From NCBI GenBank assembly GCA_951406725.2, contig OX597826.1:29884001-29948000 (forward strand): 64,000 nucleotides of DNA, given 5' to 3'. The number at the start of each line of letters is the position of its first letter. Position 1 is the stretch's first letter. This document shows positions 53,430 to 64,000 of this stretch, in pieces. The notes beneath the pieces were generated by a model. The model did not search any database. It was given only the letters and a program-made list of their open reading frames with translations, and had not been told where the DNA came from. Made by a program: the position numbers and the translations under genes. The DNA is from Octopus vulgaris. Lineage: Eukaryota.

Positions 53430-53937
53430 TCTATATATATAAAACTCAACTTGTGTGTCTGTGTGTGTAGCTGTGTGTGTATCTGTGTGTTTAACTTCCC
53501 GGCACATCTCCTCCTAGCCAACAAATCGTAGAACCACCAAAAATGGGTCACTTAAAGTTTAGGCGAATGAAAATTGAACTGCGCTATTTCTGTTCCGAAA
53601 TTCATCTCGCAAGTGGAAAAATCGATAATGTGTTTGTTTAGGCCTTATCCCATGCATTGAATAGTGAACTTTACTCAGTCAGCTGTTTGGCGTGAACTCT
53701 GTTCACCACGCGTGCAAGCATGCGTAAATTGCATGAAAAAAAAAAAATTAAGATATAAAAACGAATCGCCGTAAACATTGTAGAAATTCGGCAAAGAAAT
53801 GAATTTTCGGGATGTAGCTTGGAAGGTTTTTTGGTATTATTCGTTTGGACTTTGTGAACACATACCAATTGTTTTTAAAACATTTTTAACGCTTTGAATT
53901 AAATGTGACCATTTTGCAAAGCCGGGCAATACTGCTA

Positions 53938-53938
<1 letters not shown>
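53430..53938 (+). mobile_element. Short non-autonomous Helitron
   Basis: Starts TCtatatatataaaa; ends gccgggcaatactgCTAG followed by t; (TGTG/TCTG)n near the 5' end. Confidence 0.75.
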
Positions 53939-53976
<38 letters not shown>

Positions 53977-54139
53977 TGTGTGTGTATGTGAGTGTGTGTG
54001 CGTGTGTGTGTGTGTGAGTGTGTCGCGTGTGTGTGCGCATGCGTTCACGTATGTACATATACGTATATATAATTATACACAATTATATTGAGTATTCTTT
54101 TCTTCGTTCATTACATAAACGCGTGTATATATATATGTA

Positions 54140-54366
54140 TTCGTCTGGTATGTTGATTTGTTTATCTTTTTATGTGTCTTGATGATGCCTGCACTGACGA
54201 TTAGAAAGTGATGTTCACTAAGTATGAAATCATGATTTGCGGCTGAATCTGTTTTTATGGAGTTGGCTTCGAAAATTGCATTCCCTCGCGTTCGGCAAAC
54301 TGTGTATTTATTATGGTAGCTTTGACTTTAAGAGGCCCTAATAGTGTGAGGCATTTAGTAATGCCC

Positions 54367-54370
<4 letters not shown>
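54140..54370 (+). mobile_element. Diverged partial copy of the retrozyme-like monomer with hammerhead at 54187-54243
   Basis: gcc(t)gca-CTGACGA...GAAATCATGATT-tgcggc, then ggtagctttgacttt and tagtgtgaggcattta..taatgccct as in the array. Ends in (TA)n. Confidence 0.72.
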
Positions 54371-54402
<32 letters not shown>

Positions 54403-54466
54403 TGTATGTATATATATGTATGTATATATATATATATTTATATATGTATATATATGTATATATATG

Positions 54467-54515
<49 letters not shown>

Positions 54516-54528
54516 TTATATATGTGTG

Positions 54529-54601
<73 letters not shown>

Positions 54602-54612
54602 GTATATATATG

Positions 54613-54673
<61 letters not shown>

Positions 54674-54779
54674 ATAAAGTTAATCCAAACATGAAAACAC
54701 AAAGAGGAAACACAACAACGCGAGGACGTGGAACAAATATAGTATTATTGGACGCTCAGGAAGGAAGGGAAGACGGAGG

Positions 54780-54814
54780 GTTTAACGTTTCGAGCAGAGC
54801 TCTTCGTCTGAAAC
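54780..54814 (-). ncRNA. Minimal hammerhead motif (U4>A variant) in a short element at 54680-54890
   Basis: gttt-CAGACGA-a-gagc-tct-gctc-GAAAC-GTT-aaac; same family as 51720-51940 (gacgctcagg, atcgccaacg). Confidence 0.6.
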
Positions 54815-55218
54815 ATAGGGGAAGGCAAGATCCAGAGAAGGGAAGACAGAGGGAAAAAATCGCCAACGGTACACATGCGGTCACGCATGTATATATATGT
54901 GTGTTTGTGTGTACATGTGTGTGTGCGTCTGTGTGTATATATGTATGTAGGTATGTAAATATGTACGTATTTGTATATATATATATATATATATATAAAT
55001 ATATACACTCACGCACACGCACACGCACACGCACACGCACATATTGTCTTTTGTTACTCCGTTATGGTTTGATTGTGCATTTATACTCTATTATTCAATG
55101 GATGATGCGAGCACGTGACTTTAACTTGTCTTCTGCTTCGGACCCAGGTCGTAGCGTAACTTGTATATTTTGGCTTATCACTAAGCGTGTGTGTGCATGT
55201 GTGTATATATGCGTCTGC

Positions 55219-55251
<33 letters not shown>

Positions 55252-56185
55252 TATTAGAGAGAGGGAAAGAGAGAGAGAGAGAGAGAGAGAATGAATAAAG
55301 AAAAAGAGAGGTGATAGGATGCATAGTCGTAACGTTCGCTCGCGCACACATGAACCCCCCCCCCCCCCCAAACACACACATTCGCGCATACATTTATTTC
55401 GGGAATCTATAACATTTGCAAAGCCTGCCTGGTTTTTACAATAAAGAAAAGTGAAACTATGCAATTGTATTTTCGTTGCTTATAAACATGAAACCACTTT
55501 AATATATTATATGCCACTCCAACACATCTAAGAATTCCCATTAACATCCAGAATTGCAGTTCCTAGTTCTAAAAGTACTTAAGTCAAATAAAAATCAACG
55601 TGTCGGCACTTTCAGTAGTAGGGCCTTCAATTTCTATAAAATATTCCACAGTAACGCAATATATATATATATATAAATGTAAGCATGTATGTATATATTT
55701 ATGCATCATTATATATTTATGCATGTATGTGTGTGTGTGTATATATATATGTTTTCTGACTATTATTTGTAGCTATTGTCGTACAACTCGCTATGTATTC
55801 CTAATGAGTATAAAAATTTATTTAGAGAATTTCTATAGCAATGTGTAGCATTGCGACGCCTGTTGTATTCTATAATATGAATAAAAGCAAGCACTGAGAG
55901 AAACATAGAATTGTTTAGAGCTTTCATAATTCTGCGTTGGTTTACACATGAAATAACAACAGCAACAACAATGCATTCAATTAGTAAACGTTTAGCTGCC
56001 ACTCGTAAGCGAGTAATGTCTTGGTGGCCTGTACGACGCTTTCGTAAATAGCTTCCAGGTGCTTATGTTGTTGTTAGGAGACGTACTCCCTCTCTGGGTA
56101 TCCCCTCCTTTGACCCAACGGAACACGTTAGATGCGGCAGTTGGAGGAAGAGAATACTGTACATGCACTAAGCTGGTTCTCATTT

Positions 56186-56568
56186 GAGGAAGCACTCCGT
56201 CGGTTACGACGACGAGGGTTCCGGTTGATCCGAATCAACGGAACAGCCTGCTCGTGAAATTAACGTGTAAGTGGCTGAGCACTCCACAAACACGTGTACC
56301 CTTAACGTAGTTCTCGGGGATATTCAGCGTGACACAGAGAGTGACAAGGCCGGCCCTTTGAAATACAGGTACAACAGAAACAGGAAGTAAGAGTGAGAGA
56401 AAGTTGTGGTGAAAGAGTACAGCAGGGATCACCACCATCCCCTGCCGGAGCCTCGTGGAGCTTTAGGTGTTTTCGCTCAATAAACACTCACAACGCCCGG
56501 TCTGGGAATCGAAACCGCGATCCTATGACCGCGAGTCCGCTGCCCTAACCACTGGGCCATTGCGCCTC
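56186..56568 (-). mobile_element. Young tRNA-derived SINE (family C) with 13-bp TSD, inserted into an older SINE
   Basis: Head GGAGGCGCAATGGCCCAGTGGTTAGGG..GGTTTCGATTCCC. TSD ctggttctcattt at 56173-56185 and 56569-56581. Confidence 0.9.
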
Positions 56569-56777
56569 CTGGTTCTCATTTACGGCTGTGTTGACTGGTG
56601 TAGCGTAAAATGAAGCGCTTTGCTCAATGACGGAAAATGTCGTTTAAGAATCGAACGCATGACCTTATGATAGAGATTCCTACAGCCCTATCTCGCAGGC
56701 CATGTGCCTCCACTATGATTAAGTTAGTGCTAATATCTATAATATCTAGATCCTAGGCCTTGTATACTATGTATAAT

Positions 56778-57055
56778 AAGGCGACAAGCTGGTAGAAACG
56801 TCAGCATGCCGAGCGAAATGCTTAGCGGTGTTTCCTCAGTCTTTATGTTCTGAGTTCAAATTCCGCCGAAGTCGACTTTGCCTTTCGGGATCGATAAGAC
56901 AAGTACCAGTTGTATACTGGGGTCGATGTATGTGACTCCCCCACCTCTGAAATGTCTGGCCTTTTGCCAAAATTTGAAATCATTATTATCTGTTGCGTAC
57001 TGGGGTCGATCTAATCCCCCAAAATTTTGGGCCTTGTACCTAGAGTAGAAAAGAA
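56778..57055 (+). mobile_element. Family B-like SINE
   Basis: ggcgacaagctggtagaaacg..gagttcaaattccgccgaagtcgac. Confidence 0.8.
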
Positions 57056-57562
57056 TATTTGGAGTAGCCAAAAACCTCGAAGTAAATCAATAAATGTAGA
57101 AATATAAAAGATGTTTGTTGATGACAAATATTATTTGAATATTACAAGAAAAAAGGGAGACAATTTCGAACAGGTTTTTGGTTATTCTAATACCCTCAGT
57201 GTAGTATTGTTGCTGAGCTGTCACTGTACTTGCCAAGGCATTAAATAATAAATCCAAAATTGTGTGTTTATTGTACATTTATTATTGAACATAAAAGCCA
57301 TAGCAGAATGTACCGTTACTGGTGTAAGAAAATAGAATTATTAGTTGATTGAATATTTCCGAGACGCTACGTTTGCAAAGAACAATAGGTAATTCTCATC
57401 AAGATAGAGACAAGAAATAAGCCGAACATAAGATTTGCAGAAGAGAGTTTAGACTCTGCGACTATTTGCTCTTTATAGATTTCTTCAATAAGACCATACT
57501 TAACGGCAATTACAAGAATTTCATCATCATTATCATCATCACCACCACCACCACCACCACCC

Positions 57563-57595
<33 letters not shown>

Positions 57596-58799
57596 ACAGC
57601 AATCCTTAGAACACTAACAAAACTAGTAGGTAAGTTATTGTTATCACATTAAGGACGTGCAATATTAAAAAAAAAAACTAAATCGATATTAGTCAAATAA
57701 GAGTACTAAATATATTTATTATTTTTTTTATGTGAGAGACAACTCTCGGGACATATTTCAGGTAGATGGCGCCTCTGAAAATGACTTTTTTTTATTTTTT
57801 AAAGACTATTTCTAAATGACGTACCGCTTCCCTCTCGAGAAAATAAAGAAAGGAAAACATTTCTTGGTTTTGAGATATGCTTTTTATTATTTTTTTTACT
57901 ATAGAATAAAATAAAATACAAGATAGAATAAAATAAAATAGAGTAGAAAACAATAAAATAAAGACTTCTCGAAAGGCAGTTGAGAAGCCATCGAATCATA
58001 AAGTGTTTGTGAGGTGTACTTTAAAAGGTCAGAAAACACCATAAACATGGAATAAAAGAGCTAAAGAAGGAACATCAGCGTGGTTGATCGGTTAACTAGA
58101 GAAATAAGATAAATCTCCTTTAAAACAATATCTAGGAGGCTTAAAAAGAAGGGGACGATGCATGATGTAACATGGAGTATATTAGAATGTTCAGACAAGA
58201 ATTAGCAAGAAATACTAGATGCTTGTTAGGGATAGAAATGAAAGTAAATACTTAGATGCAACAACGGATGCTGACTCTGAAGCAGAGACCTGCGTAATAG
58301 GCAGCTGCCTGAAAATGTCATCACGGTTTTTTTCTGTCTATAACACAGAATGCCATAGATAAACTATTGTACGATACAAATTCATATGAAAGACAGTCCC
58401 GGGGGTAAAGGGATCGCAATTTACAGTGTTTTAAGGTAAAATGAAAGGATTTAAGCATAAGGGACAGGGTATAATAATCTGGATTGGAGGAATGAAAGAG
58501 TGTCCCGTGCAGGGAGTCATTAGACGAGGTCCAGCGGATGTTAACGGAACGCTAAAGATGAGAAAGAATACAATCTATGCTGAACTAATGCGGAATCTGC
58601 AAATAATCTATCTGGTTTATAACTTTTGATTAGTACCTGTAATTATTAGCGGTGCACAGATAAGCATAAGAGTATGGCAGTCATAAGTGCCAATAAGCCC
58701 ATGCAGATAAAGAAGCAAATGTATTTGTAGCAGATGTAACGTCCACTCAAGCAATTACACTTGTAACCATGTCTGCATATCTGTCTATCTGTCTGTTTG

Positions 58800-58875
<76 letters not shown>

Positions 58876-58997
58876 GATAGATAGATAGATAGATAAATAG
58901 ATAGAAATAAAGATAAACAGACCGACAGATAGATAGATAGACAAACAGACAGAAAGACAGATAGACAGACAGACAGACATACAGACAGACAGATAGG

Positions 58998-59046
<49 letters not shown>

Positions 59047-59215
59047 CTAGTTTAGCAACATGAACTTGCCTTTAAAGTATGCGACTAAAACGTATTTGTA
59101 GCAAACGTCGAAACGGTTAGACATGCATATAATATGCACATAAAGTTCAGAGTAATGGAAATTTGAGTCAACAAATGTTTCTCTACACACACTCTCTTTC
59201 TCTCTCTCTCTCTCT

Positions 59216-59263
<48 letters not shown>

Positions 59264-59297
59264 CACACGTGCATAAATATATATCCATGCAAATACA

Positions 59298-59355
59298 TCT
59301 TCATACAAGCATAATACATACATAAATGTATGTATGTATTATGCTTGTATGAAGA
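59298..59355. repeat. Perfect 27-bp inverted repeat with 4-nt loop
   Basis: tcttcatacaagcataatacatacata-aatg-tatgtatgtattatgcttgtatgaaga. Confidence 0.9.
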
Positions 59356-59592
59356 CCACACAGTCATACAACTACAAACAGCGCCATATAAACGGAATTT
59401 AAAATCATCAGAAACGCATATTCACTCATAACCACACCTGAACTCATACACTTATATAATTTCTTTTGATACCCATTACAACTTGAAGGAAAACTACTTA
59501 ACATTTACAAAAATTGCTTTTTATTATCTCTATATGTGAGGGTACATATATATATATAATGTTATAAAAAAATATGTATCTATATTTATGTA

Positions 59593-59669
<77 letters not shown>

Positions 59670-59880
59670 ATATATATATATACGTATATAAATACATATA
59701 TATGTGTGTATGTATACATATATATATATATATATATATGTATACATTTATACATGTATATACATATATACATATATATATATACATATACATATATATG
59801 TATATATATATATATATATATATAGTTATATATGTATATATGTGTGTATATATATATGTATACACGCGCGCGCACGCACA

Positions 59881-59945
<65 letters not shown>

Positions 59946-60033
59946 GTATATATATGTGTGTGTATGTTTCTGCGTCTGTGTATGCTAGTGTATTTGCCTG
60001 TGTGTGTGTATCAACACACACATACACACACTC

Positions 60034-60100
<67 letters not shown>

Positions 60101-60585
60101 TGTATATATGTGCATATGTTTGCTTGTGTATGTCTATGCGTATGCTCATGACTGTCTATGCACTTGTGTGAAAACAGAAAAAGTTCATTTACTCCAGTTC
60201 CACAGCAGTTATAAAATTATAATTCTCAATACTGAAATAATATAATTATTATTATTTCCCATTTCTCCCAATATCCACTGAAGTAGTATTTTCTCATGTT
60301 AAAGCTATTGTCTTAACAATTTTTTTTTTAGGTGAGTGGCGGTGTGTGCATCTCGAACTTCTCTTTGCTGCCTTTTCTTTAATGGCGTGGAAGTAGATGG
60401 AGACAGAAGAGAAGAAGGATATACTTAATATTCTTCGCACATCGCCATAATACTTACCATTTCGTAGAGGAAGCAATTTGCAAAAGTATGATAAAAATAA
60501 AAGAAAAAAATTGAAATGAACGAGCAAAATGCAAGAAGCTTTCATCACGAATAATGATGATGATGATGACGATGATGAGGATGAC

Positions 60586-60654
<69 letters not shown>

Positions 60655-60865
60655 CCTTTCTACTATAGGTACAAGGCCCGAAATTTGCGGGGAGTGGGTA
60701 AGTTGAATACATCGAGCCAGTACTTGACAGGTACTTAATTTATCGACCTCGAAAGGATGAATGGCAAAGTCGACCTCGGCAGAATTTGAACTCATAACGG
60801 GAAAACTGACGAATTGCTGCTAAGCATTTTTTACCGATTCTTACGATTCTGCCAGTTCGTCGCAT
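60655..60865 (-). mobile_element. Family B-like SINE ending in (TTA/TCA)n
   Basis: aaagtcgacctcggcagaatttgaactca; ttctgccagttcgtcgc. Confidence 0.8.
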
Positions 60866-62234
60866 TAAATGTTATTTTAAAAGTGAGCTGCCATCCCTGA
60901 GATATAGGCTCGTAGTGTCGGTTTCCTAGATTCTGCAGCGTATATATTCAACACTTGCCCTCCTTGGACGGAACGATGGTCTGTCGCAGGATTACGCATT
61001 TTTGCCAGATTCTTGAAAGGAAATGTTTTGCCCAAGAACACTGAGTATCGCTCGGTCCCGAAAATGAAACCACAATCTTACAATTTTATGATCATGAGCG
61101 CAACAGCCTAACCGCTAAGCTGCGCAACTGTATATGCACGTACAGACAGACAGACAGAGAAGGAAGCGAGATAAAGAAAGATAGAGGGAGAGAGAATGAG
61201 AAAAACATTAAAACATCTGATGTCAGATAAGTCAGCGTCGAATCAGCGACGGCAAATAGGCGAAGCCAATACGTCCCATACTTAAAATGGCCCTCTAGAT
61301 ACCACTGATACATACTTTTAGCTGAGTTTACGGAAGCAGCGTGAACCGAACTTTAAAGCCGGGTTACGTTGGGCTTTGTGTTTACTTCGTATTATTTGAC
61401 TTAAATAGACTTTTGTTTCTCGTGTTTACCTTCGAAACTATGGTTCCAAAGTATAAAATACAACGGAAATGACGACAATGCGTCAATGAAAACGAAAAAC
61501 GATAACGACTGAAATTTAGATAGAAACAATGAAGCGATCGAAATGAAAGGAAACTGCAATGACGATTGGAGCAGTGTTTGGGCTGCGATCGATGAACGAT
61601 TTTAAAGGAAAACGTGTAGATAATGGCGCATGTAAAAGAACTCTTCCGATAAAAGCCATAATTATCACCAAGCAACGTAGTGTCTTAATTATTGAAATGG
61701 AAAACGTTGTTGGTAATTTGGTAAGCGAATCAAAATTAGTGTAACACGCTTATTAACCTTGGTTTAGCGCAAGAAATAGATTGAAACCACTCTCAATTAT
61801 AAATACTATACGTTATTGTTATAGTTAATCTCCATTCCTCCTCCTCCTCTCCTTCTTCTTCTACTTTTTCTTCTTCTTCTTCTTCTTCTTCTTCTTCTTC
61901 TTCTTCTTCTTCTTCTTCTTCTTCTCCTCCTCCTCCTTCTTCTTCTTCTTCTTCTTCTTCTTCTTCTTCTTCTTCTTCTTCTTCTTCTTCTTCTTCTTCT
62001 TCTTCTTCTTCTTCTTCTTCTTCTTCTTGTATTTCGCACGTCGCTACATTCTGAGTTCAAATTCCGCCGAGGTCGACGCTACCTTTCATCCTTTCGGGAT
62101 TGATAAAATAAGTACCAGTCGAATACTGAGGTCGATGTATTCGACTCATCCCTTCCCCCAAAATGGCTGCCCTTGTGGCAAAATCTGAAACCATTATTAT
62201 TATTATTATTATTATTATATTATTATTATTATTA

Positions 62235-63202
<968 letters not shown>

Positions 63203-63328
63203 CATCATCATCATCATCATCACCATCATCATCACCATCATCATCACCATCATCATCATCATCGTCGTCATCATCACCGTCATCGTCATCATCATCGTCA
63301 TCATCATCATCATCATCATCATCATCAG

Positions 63329-63388
<60 letters not shown>

Positions 63389-63584
63389 TAAGGCGGCGAA
63401 CTGGCAGAATCTTTCATCCTTTCTGAAATCGATAGAATAAGTTCCAGTTAAATACTGGAGTCGATGTATCGACCACTCGATAGAATAAGTACCAGTTAAA
63501 TACTGCAGTCGATGTATCGACCACTCCCCTCCCGAAAAAATTTCAGGCCTTGTGCTGTTACTAGAAAGGATTATTATTATTATT

Positions 63585-63772
63585 CTCTTTTACTTATTTC
63601 AGTCATTTGACTCTGCCCATGCTGGAGCACCGCCTTTAGTCGAGCAAATCGACACAGGACTTATTCTTTGTAAGCCTAGTACTTATTCTATCGAACCGCT
63701 AATTCACGGGGACGTAAACACACACATCGGTTGTCAAGCGATGTTGTGAGGGGACAAACACAGACACACACA

Positions 63773-63844
<72 letters not shown>

Positions 63845-63993
63845 CATACATATATACGACGGGCTTCTATCAGTTTCCGTCTACCAAATCCACTCACAAG
63901 GCTTTGGTCGGCTCGAGGCTATAGTAGAAGACACTTGCCCAAGGTGCCACGCAGTGGAACTGAACCCGGAACCATGTGGTTCATAAGCAAGCT
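63585..63993 (-). mobile_element. tRNA-derived SINE (family A)
   Basis: Reverse complement of 24797-25268, 5' end truncated. Confidence 0.88.
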
Positions 63994-64000
63994 AATTATC

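Noticed and set aside
57758-57773. CTCF-like site caggtagatggcgc
   Set aside because: A single partial motif match is expected by chance.
58420-58600. CR1-like 3' coding remnant on the minus strand (SFIP motif)
   Set aside because: Too degenerate to support by eye.
60330-60470. Possible exon boundary (minus-strand ATG|GTAAGT) and promoter-like sequence near 61200-61450
   Set aside because: No partner splice site or coding evidence.

Overview
AT-rich eukaryotic DNA, most likely from an octopus or other coleoid cephalopod, judged from the tRNA-derived SINE families and the extreme microsatellite load. It looks intronic or intergenic: no host gene can be firmly called, and most ORFs in the track are microsatellite artefacts. 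Transposon content: a decayed mariner, Tc1 and MITE remnants, a probable Gypsy solo LTR, two Penelope-like elements (PLEs; RT plus C-terminal GIY-YIG), R4/Dong-like fragments in (TAA)n, an ORF1-only L1/Tx1-like element, two head-to-head Helitrons, a nested foldback element and many SINEs. The most striking signal is a hammerhead-ribozyme (HHR) system. An apparently perfect 480-bp tandem array (6719-9247, about 5.3 copies) carries one type I HHR per monomer, the architecture of a non-LTR retrozyme that would yield circular RNA. Two diverged dispersed relatives of that monomer lie at about 1912-2260 and 54140-54370. About a dozen further intact or decayed HHR motifs sit in PLE termini and in short (TA)n-associated elements. 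All structures were read by eye; none was computed or searched.
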